DNA of 64,000 nt from NCBI RefSeq assembly GCF_053078305.1, contig NZ_CP166879.1; one strand, 5' to 3'. Under the pieces are notes generated by a model, which was given only the letters and a program-made list of their open reading frames with translations, had not been told where the DNA came from and ran no database searches. This document shows positions 1 through 10,538 of the stretch, one piece after another; position 1 is the stretch's first letter, and each line of letters starts with the position of its first letter. The position numbers were made by a program, and so were the translations under genes.

Positions 1-692
1 GATGTATCAAGCCCGGATTGTAATCCCAGATTAACATAGATCACAAAACAACTTATTCTTCACTAACGTCAAGATAAATATCGTTGTATGCCCTATCACG
101 ACTACGAATACCAGCAAGATACAACTGACATACGGAAAGATACCACGTTTTTTACTCCCGAAAATAACGCTAAAAAGCTACTTCCCCATCGTTTGTCCTT
201 AGTATTGTCAGCGCCAACAATGTGGGCTGGCATGATAAAGCTGTCTAGGAAATCGTTCACCTCCTCAGCGGACAATCCAAATGGTGATTGTCTCTGTTAA
301 ACGTTTATTTTGAAGGTCGACTGAATAAGGTGATGACGCTGTAGAATTTTTCACGTGACACAGAATTTTGAACGCTTTCTCTTACAATATTTCAATGTTT
401 CTATCAGTATTCGCCGGAAGAAGTCATCGACCAAATCATCCCAGTCGTCTCGCACCACTGACCATTCATGGTTGACATGTGGTGGAAATCCGCTTCTACA
501 GAAACCATTTTTTATTCGCAAAACCGAACACGCCATACGGATAGCTGTTAACTGGCATGCCGAGGCAGTCGTTATTTATATTTAGTTTTGTCAATAATCT
601 TTATTTTTTGTAAAAGGTAAATATAAATTATTCTCATTATTGTTTGTATTTGTGTATTGTCTTGCCGGTTAACATGATCGGAGATTAGTAAT

Positions 693-2783
693 ATGCGAAT
701 AACCACTCTGGCTTCCGTAGTCATTCCCTGTCTCGGATTTTCAGCCAGCAGCATAGCTGCTGCAGAGGATGTGATGATTGTCTCGGCATCCGGCTATGAG
801 AAAAAGCTGACTAACGCAGCCGCCAGTGTTTCTGTGATTAGCCAGGAGGAATTGCAGTCCAGCCAGTACCACGATCTGGCGGAGGCTCTGAGATCAGTAG
901 AGGGTGTGGATGTTGAAAGTGGTACGGGTAAAACCGGTGGGCTGGAAATCAGCATCCGAGGAATGCCAGCCAGTTACACGCTGATACTGATTGATGGTGT
1001 TCGTCAGGGCGGAAGCAGTGACGTGACTCCCAACGGTTTTTCTGCCATGAATACCGGGTTCATGCCCCCTCTGGCCGCCATTGAGCGTATTGAGGTTATC
1101 AGGGGGCCGATGTCCACACTGTATGGCTCTGATGCGATGGGCGGTGTGGTGAATATCATTACCAGAAAGAATGCAGACAAATGGCTCTCTTCCGTCAATG
1201 CAGGGCTGAATCTGCAGGAAAGCAACAAATGGGGTAACAGCAGCCAGTTTAATTTCTGGAGCAGTGGTCCCCTTGTGGATGATTCTGTCAGCCTGCAGGT
1301 ACGCGGTAGCACACAACAGCGTCAGGGCTCATCGGTCACATCACTGAGCGATACAGCAGCCACGCGTATTCCTTATCCCACGGAGTCACAGAATTATAAT
1401 CTTGGTGCACGTCTTGACTGGAAGGTGTCGGAGCAGGATGTGCTCTGGTTTGATATGGATACCACCCGGCAGCGTTATGATAACCGGGATGGGCAACTGG
1501 GGAGTCTGACGGGGGGATATGACCGGACCCTGCGCTATGAGCGAAACAAAATTTCAGCTGGCTATGATCATACTTTCACCTTCGGAACATGGAAATCGTA
1601 TCTGAACTGGAACGAGACAGAAAATAAAGGTCGTGAGCTCGTACGCAGTGTACTGAAGCGCGACAAATGGGGGCTTGCCGGTCAGCCGCGGGAGCTTAAG
1701 GAATCGAACCTTATCCTGAATTCATTACTGCTTACCCCTCTGGGAGAATCTCATCTGGTTACGGTGGGGGGCGAGTTTCAGAGCTCGTCCATGAAAGACG
1801 GAGTTGTCCTTGCCAGCACAGGTGAAACTTTCCGGCAGAAAAGCTGGTCGGTATTTGCTGAGGATGAGTGGCATCTCACGGATGCACTTGCGCTGACTGC
1901 GGGCAGCCGCTATGAACATCATGAGCAATTCGGGGGACACTTCAGTCCGCGTGCATATCTGGTCTGGGATGTGGCAGATGCCTGGACGCTGAAAGGCGGT
2001 GTGACCACGGGATATAAGGCACCCAGAATGGGGCAGCTACATAAAGGGATTAGTGGTGTGTCCGGGCAGGGAAAAACAAATCTACTTGGTAACCCCGACC
2101 TGAAGCCGGAAGAGAGCGTCAGTTATGAGGCTGGGGTGTATTACGATAACCCCGCCGGTCTGAATGCCAATGTCACAGGTTTTATGACTGACTTCTCCAA
2201 CAAGATTGTCTCTTATTCCATAAATGATAACACCAATAGCTATGTAAACAGCGGAAAGGCCCGGTTGCACGGTGTGGAATTTGCCGGCACATTGCCGCTG
2301 TGGTCAGAGGATGTCACGCTGTCACTGAATTACACCTGGACCCGAAGTGAACAACGTGATGGTGATAACAAAGGTGCGCCGCTGAGTTATACCCCTGAAC
2401 ACATGGTGAATGCGAAACTGAACTGGCAGATCACCGAAGAGGTGGCATCATGGCTGGGTGCCCGTTATCGCGGGAAAACACCACGTTTCACCCAGAATTA
2501 TTCGTCACTGAGCGCTGTACAGAAGAAAGTGTATGATGAGAAAGGAGAATACCTGAAAGCCTGGACGGTGGTGGATGCAGGTCTGTCGTGGAAGATGACG
2601 GATGCCCTGACGCTGAATGCTGCGGTGAATAACCTGCTCAACAAGGATTACAGTGACGTGAGCCTGTTCAGTGCCGGTAAGAGTACGCTGTATGCCGGTG
2701 ATTACTTCCAGACGGGATCATCAACAACGGGATATGTGATACCTGAGCGAAATTACTGGATGTCGCTGAACTATCAGTTCTGA
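693..2783 (+). CDS. iha: TonB-dependent outer-membrane siderophore receptor / adhesin (IrgA-homologue adhesin-like), 696 aa
   Basis: Signal peptide, TonB-box/plug-like N-terminus, beta-barrel repeats, C-terminal ...YQF aromatic terminus; length and N-terminal sequence match my recollection of Iha. Not database-verified. Confidence 0.7.
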   Translation: MRITTLASVVIPCLGFSASSIAAAEDVMIVSASGYEKKLTNAAASVSVISQEELQSSQYHDLAEALRSVEGVDVESGTGKTGGLEISIRGMPASYTLILIDGVRQGGSSDVTPNGFSAMNTGFMPPLAAIERIEVIRGPMSTLYGSDAMGGVVNIITRKNADKWLSSVNAGLNLQESNKWGNSSQFNFWSSGPLVDDSVSLQVRGSTQQRQGSSVTSLSDTAATRIPYPTESQNYNLGARLDWKVSEQDVLWFDMDTTRQRYDNRDGQLGSLTGGYDRTLRYERNKISAGYDHTFTFGTWKSYLNWNETENKGRELVRSVLKRDKWGLAGQPRELKESNLILNSLLLTPLGESHLVTVGGEFQSSSMKDGVVLASTGETFRQKSWSVFAEDEWHLTDALALTAGSRYEHHEQFGGHFSPRAYLVWDVADAWTLKGGVTTGYKAPRMGQLHKGISGVSGQGKTNLLGNPDLKPEESVSYEAGVYYDNPAGLNANVTGFMTDFSNKIVSYSINDNTNSYVNSGKARLHGVEFAGTLPLWSEDVTLSLNYTWTRSEQRDGDNKGAPLSYTPEHMVNAKLNWQITEEVASWLGARYRGKTPRFTQNYSSLSAVQKKVYDEKGEYLKAWTVVDAGLSWKMTDALTLNAAVNNLLNKDYSDVSLFSAGKSTLYAGDYFQTGSSTTGYVIPERNYWMSLNYQF

Positions 2784-2815
2784 TAATAACAAAACGCTAT
2801 CACTGACGGTAGAAT

Positions 2816-2854
2816 ACGTTGCCACTGCAACTCCTGGCGGAACAGTGGCAACGT
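2816..2854 (+). terminator. 12-bp perfect inverted repeat (acgttgccactg ... cagtggcaacgt) just downstream of the iha-like stop; possible terminator or REP-like hairpin
   Basis: Inverted repeat read directly; no clear T-tract follows, so terminator function is uncertain. Confidence 0.35.
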
Positions 2855-3429
2855 ATTAGGTTAAGTGCATTTCCGATCCGCTAATGAGATTTCGTTACCA
2901 ACAACTAATATCGTCACAGGAAATGCACGGATTATTTTTAACTTATCATTTACATACTTGTCCAGAGTGTAAGCGCACCGTGAAGGACGAGGGGTAAAAA
3001 TTAGTTTACAGAGAGAGTGACGTTCCAGGGCAACAACTCTTTCATGCGGTTGGCAGGCCAGGTGTTGATTACACTGATCACGTGGCGTAGCCACGTTTCC
3101 GGCTCGATTCCGTTAAGTTTTGCAGCTACCGATCAGGCTGTACATCACTGCCGCACTATCGCTCGTCATCTCAAAGTCCGGTCTCGTCAGCAGGAAGGTA
3201 TCATTCTCTCCCGCCATTTTTCCGGAAGCCCGGTCAGATAAGTCCCTTTGTCTATCGCTGACTCCTGGCTCATAACCCGGTTAGCAGAATGCAGGGTCAC
3301 CACCTCGCCACGACCGAATCCGGATAAGTCAATTGCACCTTCTCAATCGCCATTTTGTCACAATTAAGTTTGATAAAGCAGGTCACTGAGGTGTACTGGC
3401 AATAGCGGACACTACCATTTGTTCTTTTT

Positions 3430-4248
3430 TTAAGCAGCCATCTGATGATATTTTTCCCTGAAGGCTGCCGGGGAGATATTCCCCAGACGAGAGTGACGAC
3501 GCTGACGATTGTAGAAAATCTCAATGTATTCCCGTATTACTGAGATGGCCTCATCCCGGCTCTTAAAACGATAGTGGCTCAGGCTCTCATTTTTCAGCGT
3601 TCCCCAGAAGCTTTCCATCGGAGCGTAGTCGTAACAGTTACCTTTACGCGACATTGATGTTTTCAGACCAAACTGCTCCTGTATGACCCGGTAATCGTAT
3701 GCGCAGTACTGTGAACCTCGATCGGAGTGGTGGATTAGCCCGGCAGGTGGGCGCTGGCTCCTGAGCGCCATAAACAGGGCTTTACCTGTCAGCTCTTTTG
3801 TCATGCGCTCTCCCATGGCGTAGCCGACAATTTCGCACGTATAAACATCTTTGATGCCAGCGAGGTACAACCATCCCTCCTGTGTGGCAACATACGTCAG
3901 GTCCGCCACCCAGACCTGATTTGGTGCTGTAGGAGCGAACGTCTGGTTCAGCAGATTTGGCGCAACTGGCAGATTGTGGTTCGAGTTCGTAGTCGCTCTG
4001 AACTTGCGTTTATGCTTACAGCGTAGCCTTAGCTCCTTACGAAGACGTGCCAGTCGGTCACGACCAACGATGATGCCATTCTCTGCCAGCTCCGTCTGGA
4101 GCCGCCGGGTTCCATATGTTTCGCGAGTGCGGATATGTGCCACCTTAATCTCCAGTTTTAGCCGCTCATCACTTTGTTTTCTGTCTGAGGGTTCATGCTG
4201 TACCCGGTTGTAATAACCGCTCCTGGATACACCAAATACCTGACACAT
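3430..4248 (-). CDS. IS600 OrfB (IS3-family transposase, DDE integrase core), 272 aa
   Basis: rve/DDE signature region (VWVADLTY...HSDRGSQY...); position inside the IS600 inverted repeats. Confidence 0.8.
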   Translation of the reverse strand: MCQVFGVSRSGYYNRVQHEPSDRKQSDERLKLEIKVAHIRTRETYGTRRLQTELAENGIIVGRDRLARLRKELRLRCKHKRKFRATTNSNHNLPVAPNLLNQTFAPTAPNQVWVADLTYVATQEGWLYLAGIKDVYTCEIVGYAMGERMTKELTGKALFMALRSQRPPAGLIHHSDRGSQYCAYDYRVIQEQFGLKTSMSRKGNCYDYAPMESFWGTLKNESLSHYRFKSRDEAISVIREYIEIFYNRQRRHSRLGNISPAAFREKYHQMAA

Positions 4249-4283
4249 CGCTTCAATGGGAAATTGTTGTCGCCATTGTTCGA

Positions 4284-4586
4284 TTAACGCGTATTTTTCA
4301 GCGACTCCTGTGCAAAATACGCTGTTGCTTTTTTTAATATATCTCGCTCAAGGCGAGCTTCATTTAACGCCTTACGCAGTTGCAGAATTTCAGATTCCAG
4401 TTCAGCCACCGTGCGGGAACCAGGAGTACCGAGCCCTTTTCTGGCGGCGGTAACCCATTGTCCTAAAGTGCCTTCAGGAAGAGATAATCGGGAAGCGCCT
4501 TCACTGATCGAAAGTTGATTTTCAAGAACCGTTCTGACAGCTTCGGCTTTGAACTCTTTAGAGTAACGTTGGGTTTTTCTGCTCAT
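4284..4586 (-). CDS. IS600 OrfA (IS3-family transposase HTH subunit), 100 aa
   Basis: Sequence MSRKTQRYSKEFKAEAVR... matches recalled IS600 OrfA; followed by OrfB. Confidence 0.8.
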   Translation of the reverse strand: MSRKTQRYSKEFKAEAVRTVLENQLSISEGASRLSLPEGTLGQWVTAARKGLGTPGSRTVAELESEILQLRKALNEARLERDILKKATAYFAQESLKNTR

Positions 4587-5071
4587 TATTAGCTCCTTCT
4601 GATGCCATTCTATTTCAGGAAGGAGTGTCCGTTAAACTCAGGCTACCTCACATCAGATGCCAACGCAACATTCCCTGCCATAAGCGCAGCCAGAACGCCT
4701 GTTACAACTAAACTATTCCTGGTGATATTGCTCATTCTCTTTCTCCATTTGTCGAGGATTTGGGCGTTGATTTTCGACGAGCTCCAGTTGCAACTCCAGT
4801 CTTAAGGTTATATCGGGATAGCACACAAGTGTTACACGCATAAACAAAAAATACCCAAAAAGTATTATTTCATAACATTTATTCATGGAAGATAACAATG
4901 AAACGATTCAGCTATATTTTTTAAACTAAAAAATACTTTATAAGAACATCCCAATTTTGGAGGCGATACTCATTCTCCCCCTGATAAATAAACACTCTCG
5001 TCCGACAGGGCGTGGAAACTATCAATAACCACAGTAATGATGCTGACTTTGTTTTCGTTTAAGGAAATGAC

Positions 5072-6628
5072 ATGCACGATTACCTGCTTTTTTTACTGGG
5101 ACTTACCCCCCTTCTGGCGATGATCATTTTGATTCTGAAAGTCAAAATGCCCATACACTATTCTGTGCTTAGCACTCTCCTGCTCACGCTAATCCTTGGA
5201 GGGGTTTTCTGGCAGACGCCAGTTATGGATATGGGATCTGCTGTGGTATACGGCGCAATCAAAGGTTTGTGGCCGATTGTGATTGTCATCCTTGCTGCCA
5301 TTTACAGCTATAACCTGATGAATGCGACAAAAAGCATGGATATTCTGAGAAATGTTCTAGCCAGCGTGAGCGATGATAAACGTATCCAGGTTCTTCTTAT
5401 CTCATGGTGTTTTGGCGGATTTCTTGAGGCGGCCGCCGGATACGGTACAGCGGTAGCAATCCCCATAGGTATACTCATTGCACTGGGCTTTAACCCACTA
5501 AAAGCAGCGATTGCATCACTGGTTGCTAATACAGTCCCTACAGCGTTTGGGGCAGTCGGTATACCTGTCTCCGTGCTTGCTGAACAAGTTAATTTACCTG
5601 TAACCACACTCAGCGGGACGATTATTCTTCAGCTGGCACTGTTCAACATTCTGCTCCCCTTCGTTATCGTCACGATTATCGGTGGAGGTATGAAAGCTAT
5701 ACGAGGCGTAGGGTTAATTACCCTGATGTGCGGTATTAGCACATTGATACCTCAGTATCTGGTGGCTGTTAATCTTGGCGCAGAGCTCCCGGCTTTCGCA
5801 GGAAGTCTTGTCAGTCTGATCGTTATAGTCTTTATGGCAAAAAACCGTAAAGAAAAAACAGAACCTGAATTTCTTATTGAGAGTTCAGCAGATAGCGCCA
5901 GCGCACTTTCATACTCTCGTGGGGCGTTGTTACGTGCGTGCTCAATCTACATTCTGATCTTTCTGTTCATTCTGCTTTGCTCTCCACTGTTCCCGACGAT
6001 AAAAAGTGCAGTGTCTCAGATTGCCTCGTCACTCACCTTCTCTCTGAGTAACGGCAGCAATCTGTCGATGAAAATTGAATGGATCGCAACCCCCGGTGTT
6101 CTGATTATCATTGCCAGTGTTATTGGCGGCTTGATACAGAAAGCATCCCTGTCATGCCTGTTAAACGTATTTGTCAGCACGGTAAAACAACTTAAAAACT
6201 CCATTATTGCCATTTCTGCGATTGTTGCCATGGCAACGGTAATGGATGTCTGTGGGTTGATTGGCACTCTGGCACAGAGCCTTGTGGATCTGACTGGTGG
6301 GGCCTACCTCTTCATTGCTCCGGTTATCGGCGCTCTTGGTACATTTGTTACTGGTAGTGACACAAACTCCAACATTCTGTTTGGTAAATTGCAGACTACT
6401 GCGGCTGAAAAATTGCATGTGGACCCGCTCTGGCTGGCTGCCGCAAATACATCTGGCGCAACAGGCGGCAAAATGATTTCTCCTCAGAGTATTGCTATCG
6501 CTGTTTCAGCCACCCGTATGGATGGTCAGGGCAGCGTAATCATGTCAGGAACACTGAAGTACTGCTTTGCTTATATTGTTATTCTTGGACTGAAAGTAGG
6601 CCTTGTCTACCACCTGTTCATGGCCTGA
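5072..6628 (+). CDS. L-lactate permease family (LctP/LldP-like) transporter, 518 aa
   Basis: Polytopic membrane protein; conserved LctP blocks (GLWPI, CFGGFLEAAAGYG, TGSDTNSN, GGKMISPQSIAIA) recalled from LldP/GlcA. Confidence 0.75.
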   Translation: MHDYLLFLLGLTPLLAMIILILKVKMPIHYSVLSTLLLTLILGGVFWQTPVMDMGSAVVYGAIKGLWPIVIVILAAIYSYNLMNATKSMDILRNVLASVSDDKRIQVLLISWCFGGFLEAAAGYGTAVAIPIGILIALGFNPLKAAIASLVANTVPTAFGAVGIPVSVLAEQVNLPVTTLSGTIILQLALFNILLPFVIVTIIGGGMKAIRGVGLITLMCGISTLIPQYLVAVNLGAELPAFAGSLVSLIVIVFMAKNRKEKTEPEFLIESSADSASALSYSRGALLRACSIYILIFLFILLCSPLFPTIKSAVSQIASSLTFSLSNGSNLSMKIEWIATPGVLIIIASVIGGLIQKASLSCLLNVFVSTVKQLKNSIIAISAIVAMATVMDVCGLIGTLAQSLVDLTGGAYLFIAPVIGALGTFVTGSDTNSNILFGKLQTTAAEKLHVDPLWLAAANTSGATGGKMISPQSIAIAVSATRMDGQGSVIMSGTLKYCFAYIVILGLKVGLVYHLFMA

Positions 6629-6677
6629 GAAAAAACAACAAAAGGACGTGGAATATTAATCAACAGGAGAAATTTCT

Positions 6678-7397
6678 GTGAATGTTAACTTTTTCGTCAC
6701 CTGCATTGGTGATGCGTTTAAATCCCGGATGGCACAAAAGAGTGTGCTGTTACTGGAGCAATTGGGTTGCAATGTCCATTTCCCCGAAAAGCAGGGATGT
6801 TGTGGTCAGCCAGCGATAAATGGCGGTTATGTTCGTGATGCCATCCCGGGCATGAAAAATCTCATATCTTCGCTGGAAGAGAATGACTGGCCGGTAGTAT
6901 CTCCTGCCGGGTCATGCACTTACACGATAAAAAATTACGCTCGCTATCTCAGTGAAGAACCTGAGTGGGCGGCACGAGCTGAAAAAGTGGCTGAACGCCT
7001 GCATGATTTGACATCATTTATAGTAAATCATCTTGGCATCACAGATGTTGGGGCAAAACTCAATGGTCGCGCTGTGTACCATCCCTCCTGCAGCCTTTCC
7101 CGTAAGCTGGGTGTAACCAGAGAGCCGCTTTTGCTACTTGAGAATGTACAGGGGCTTGAGCTACTGCCGTTTCACGCTCAGGAAACGTGCTGCGGGTTTG
7201 GCGGCACATTCTCTGTAAAAATGGCGGAGATCTCTGGTGAAATGGTGAAAGAGAAAGTCGGGCATATTATGGATGTTAAACCTGATTTTCTTATCGGGGC
7301 TGACGCCAGTTGCCTGCTAAACATCGGCGGTCGGCTTAACCGTGAAGGGCATCCTGTAAAAGTGATGCATATTGCTGAAGTCCTGATGCACAGATGA
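6678..7397 (+). CDS. LutA/YkgE-like Fe-S oxidoreductase (cysteine-rich CCG-domain protein), 239 aa, GTG start
   Basis: Two CCG motifs (QGCCGQP, ETCCGFGG); size and order as in lutABC/ykgEFG operons. Confidence 0.75.
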   Translation: MNVNFFVTCIGDAFKSRMAQKSVLLLEQLGCNVHFPEKQGCCGQPAINGGYVRDAIPGMKNLISSLEENDWPVVSPAGSCTYTIKNYARYLSEEPEWAARAEKVAERLHDLTSFIVNHLGITDVGAKLNGRAVYHPSCSLSRKLGVTREPLLLLENVQGLELLPFHAQETCCGFGGTFSVKMAEISGEMVKEKVGHIMDVKPDFLIGADASCLLNIGGRLNREGHPVKVMHIAEVLMHR

Positions 7398-7407
7398 GGT
7401 AAACAGA

Positions 7408-8823
7408 ATGTCTTTGAAAACAAGTGATATCAGGTTTAAAGAGCGTATCCGTATTCAGATTCAGGACCCGATCATGCGAAAAGCTGTGGCTAACGCACAG
7501 GAGCGCATAGGGACTAATCGACAGAAAATGGTTGATGAACTGGGACACTGGGAGGAATGGCGTTCACGAGCTGAACAGATTCGTCGGCATGTTCTGGAAA
7601 ATCTTGATGCTTATTTGTATCAATTGTCCGAAAAGGTTACTGCGAATGGCGGGCATGTATATTTTGCCCGTACCAGAGAGGATGCAACCAGTTACATACT
7701 GAAGGTGGCGAAAGAAAAAAACGCCAGGAAGGTTGTTAAATCCAAATCAATGGTGACTGAGGAAATTGGCATGAATGCCGTTCTTCAGAAAGCCGGGATA
7801 CCCGTGATTGAAACGGACCTTGGGGAATATATTCTTCAGCTAGCACATGAGCCACCATCGCATGTGGTTGTGCCGGCAATACATAAAGATCGCCATCAAA
7901 TCCGCAGAGTTTTACATGAACATCTGGGGTATGACGGGCCTGAAACTCCAGAAGCAATGACATTGTTCATCCGTGAGAAAATCAGACAAGATTTTCTGAG
8001 TGCTGAAGTTGGCGTAACGGGGTGTAACTTTGCCGTTGCAGAAACAGGGTCAGTCTGCCTTGTTACAAACGAAGGCAACGCACGGATGTGCACCACATTA
8101 CCTAAAACACATATTGCTGTTATGGGTATGGAGCGTATTGCTCCGACATTCCAGGAGGTGGATGTTCTGATTACCATGCTTGCAAGGAGTGCTGTCGGGG
8201 CGAGACTGACAGGTTATAACACCTGGCTTACAGGCCCCAGAGAAGAAGGACATGTTGATGGTCCGGAAGAGTTCCATCTCGTTATTGTTGACAATGGGCG
8301 TTCAGAGATTCTCGGCTCAGAATTCAGCGATGTATTGCGATGTATCCGCTGCGGTGCCTGCATTAATACCTGCCCGGCTTATCGTCAGATTGGTGGGCAT
8401 GGTTATGGTTCAATCTACCCGGGGCCAATCGGCGCGGTTATTTCCCCATTGCTTGGTGGATATGAAGACTTTAAGGATTTACCCTATGCCTGCTCATTGT
8501 GCACTGCCTGCAATGGGGTATGTCCTGTAAAAATACCTCTGGCAACGCTAATACAAAAACATCGCCAGGTTATGGCAGAGTCTGAAATCACACCATTAAC
8601 GGAACGCCGTATAACCAGAGCATTCAATTACATAAACAGCCATCCGGCGTTGTGGAAGGTAGGTATGGTTGCTGGGGCCAAAACAGCCCGTCTGTTCATC
8701 AGGAAAGGAAAAACGCCGATTAGTGTTGGGGCGATAAAAGAATGGACTGAAGCCAGAGACCTGCCATCACCTGATGGAGAAAGCTTCCGTAGTTGGTTCA
8801 AGCGACATAAGAAGGAGGGGTAA
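7408..8823 (+). CDS. LutB/YkgF-like 4Fe-4S lactate-utilisation protein, 471 aa
   Basis: Two ferredoxin-type clusters (CIRCGACINTCP, CSLCTACNGVCP); follows the lutA-like gene with a 10-bp gap. Confidence 0.75.
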   Translation: MSLKTSDIRFKERIRIQIQDPIMRKAVANAQERIGTNRQKMVDELGHWEEWRSRAEQIRRHVLENLDAYLYQLSEKVTANGGHVYFARTREDATSYILKVAKEKNARKVVKSKSMVTEEIGMNAVLQKAGIPVIETDLGEYILQLAHEPPSHVVVPAIHKDRHQIRRVLHEHLGYDGPETPEAMTLFIREKIRQDFLSAEVGVTGCNFAVAETGSVCLVTNEGNARMCTTLPKTHIAVMGMERIAPTFQEVDVLITMLARSAVGARLTGYNTWLTGPREEGHVDGPEEFHLVIVDNGRSEILGSEFSDVLRCIRCGACINTCPAYRQIGGHGYGSIYPGPIGAVISPLLGGYEDFKDLPYACSLCTACNGVCPVKIPLATLIQKHRQVMAESEITPLTERRITRAFNYINSHPALWKVGMVAGAKTARLFIRKGKTPISVGAIKEWTEARDLPSPDGESFRSWFKRHKKEG

Positions 8824-8826
8824 TTT

Positions 8827-9525
8827 ATGGAAAACAGAGAGGAATTTCTCGTTGCGATCGCCAGAAAGCTTGGCAGACCAGTAAGACATATTCCCGAAGC
8901 AATGCCGGAGCCTGTAAATACGCTGGCTACGACACGTTTAACAGAGTTGACATCAGACCAACGCTGTGAGGCGTTTATTAAATTTGCCTCGGAAGTGATG
9001 CTTGCCGAGTGTGTTCTGGTGTCGCCTGAGAACGCACCATCAACAGCCTTAGACATCTGTTGGAAGTTCGGTTCCGGGCCAGTCATTATCAGCAACGATC
9101 AACGACTGGTCGATACAGGGATTACGCCATTGCTACAAAAAGAAATGGACGCTGCTCTGTGGGATCCGGAGAAGGGCGATGAAAATATCCATCTTGCTGA
9201 AAAGGCAAAAACTGGTGTCGTTTTCGCTGAGTATGGGCTGACAGAATCAGGAGGCATTGTCTTATTCTCCGCACCAGAACGTGGGCGCTCAGTAAGCCTT
9301 TTGCCTGAAGCATCATTATTTGTTTTACGTAAAAGCACCATTCTCCCCAGAGTGGCGCAGCTTGCGCAAAAACTTCATGATATGGCTCAGGAAGGACAAC
9401 GGATGCCGTCCTGTATAAATCTGATTGGAGGCCCAAGTTCTACTGCAGATATAGAACTGATCAAAGTTGTTGGCGTACATGGTCCTGTACATGCAACCTA
9501 TTTGATCATTGATGATTGCGATTAA
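8827..9525 (+). CDS. LutC/YkgG-like lactate-utilisation protein, 232 aa
   Basis: Size and position completing the three-gene lutABC-like set; start 4 bp after the lutB-like stop. Confidence 0.65.
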   Translation: MENREEFLVAIARKLGRPVRHIPEAMPEPVNTLATTRLTELTSDQRCEAFIKFASEVMLAECVLVSPENAPSTALDICWKFGSGPVIISNDQRLVDTGITPLLQKEMDAALWDPEKGDENIHLAEKAKTGVVFAEYGLTESGGIVLFSAPERGRSVSLLPEASLFVLRKSTILPRVAQLAQKLHDMAQEGQRMPSCINLIGGPSSTADIELIKVVGVHGPVHATYLIIDDCD

Positions 9526-9618
9526 CGATTGCTAATAAAAAAATGGCCTTAAGGTGATATTTCGTCTTGTGAAAAGGCAACAATAGACTAAAGGTTAGGC
9601 ATAATTGTGTTTCTTTAT

Positions 9619-9649
9619 GCCTCCGCAGCAATTTGTGGAGGCTTTTTTG
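9619..9649 (+). terminator. Rho-independent terminator after the lactate module
   Basis: GC-rich hairpin gcctcc-(loop)-ggaggc followed by TTTTTTG. Confidence 0.6.
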
Positions 9650-9730
9650 CTTACTCCAAACAGTTTGGCTTCTTGAAAAAGTCATATCCCAAACCTATTG
9701 ACGCTTATAAAAAAGTAAAGAATGGTGAGT

Positions 9731-9792
9731 AAGCGTAAACTGACCACCGTATGTAGCCATGATGCCAGTATTGGTAACGTAGGTGCACCCCT
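9731..9792. repeat. Solo IS66-family terminal-repeat remnant (copy 1)
   Basis: GTAAGCGTAAACTGACCACCGTATGTAGCCATGATGCCAGTATTGGTAACGTAGGTGCACCC is near-identical to the orfA-side end of the IS66-family element at 21737..21798. Confidence 0.6.
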
Positions 9793-9861
9793 ATCTATTT
9801 TTGTAGAACCGGAGGAAACAGACCAGATAGTTTAAATGAGCTGGTTATACGTAACATAATT

Positions 9862-9893
9862 GTAAGCGTAAACTGACCGCCGTATGTAGCCAT
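9862..9893. repeat. Solo IS66-family terminal-repeat remnant (copy 2, shorter)
   Basis: GTAAGCGTAAACTGACCGCCGTATGTAGCCAT repeated 131 bp downstream of copy 1, same orientation. Confidence 0.55.
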
Positions 9894-9981
9894 CAGACGA
9901 AAATTGGTAACTTAGACGCCCATCTGATATAGACGGACATCTAAGTATGGAATTACATGAACCGCCCCGGAAATCCTGGAG

Positions 9982-10212
9982 ACATCTGGCCACCCTGATT
10001 CCTTCCCGTAACAACTGACGCCAGACTTTACGCACATCGTATACGCACGGTATCTTTTTCTTCAGCCAGTCATCACGCTGCGCACGGGCATTGCGTTTAT
10101 CAGGATGATGTCGCTGTTGCTGACAGTGGTAATACGTTGACGGGGCAATATGCAGTTCACTGCATACCGGTCCGATCCCGTACTGCTCACGCGACTTATC
10201 CAGCAGTGGCAT
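9982..10212 (-). pseudogene. IS629 orfB, 5' 77 codons only (deletion derivative)
   Basis: MPLLDK...GIRVARC matches the IS629 OrfB N-terminus; the reading frame then runs into the inverted-repeat sequence. Confidence 0.7.
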
Positions 10213-10538
10213 TATTTTTTCCAGGGGCGGTCGAACTCCGCCTTCGCAAAATAAGTGGAAGCCTGGCGAAGGATATCGTTACTGCGGCTCAGTTCACGAT
10301 TTTCACGTTCCAGCTCTTTCAGACGCTGACGTTCAGTGGTGGTGAAACCACCATCACCGCCCCCAATATCCTGCTCATGCTGGAGTACCCAGACGTGCAG
10401 AGTCTCCGGTGTACAGCCAATCTTAGGGGCAATAGAACAAATTGCTGTCCATTGTGAGTCATATTCGCCCTGACTTTCCAGAACCATACGAACTGCCCGT
10501 TGACGGACTTCGGGGGAAAAACGTGTATTTTTAGTCAT
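10212..10538 (-). CDS. IS629 OrfA (IS3-family transposase HTH subunit), 108 aa
   Basis: MTKNTRFSPEVRQRAVRMVLESQGEYDSQW... matches recalled IS629/IS1203 OrfA. Confidence 0.8.
   Translation of the reverse strand: MTKNTRFSPEVRQRAVRMVLESQGEYDSQWTAICSIAPKIGCTPETLHVWVLQHEQDIGGGDGGFTTTERQRLKELERENRELSRSNDILRQASTYFAKAEFDRPWKK

Larger units (their letters stand above)
3387..4650 (-). mobile_element. IS600 (IS3 family), complete, 1264 bp
   Basis: Terminal inverted repeats TGAGGTGTACTGGCAATAGCGGACAC (3387..) and reverse-complement TGAGGTAGCCTGAGTTTAACGGACAC (..4650) bracket orfA/orfB; length equals canonical IS600. Confidence 0.8.

Noticed and set aside
1-690. Short ORFs at the window start (88..300 plus strand, 351..536 minus strand)
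   Set aside because: No recognisable motifs, no ribosome-binding sites and mutually overlapping frames; probably noncoding or decayed sequence upstream of the iha-like gene.
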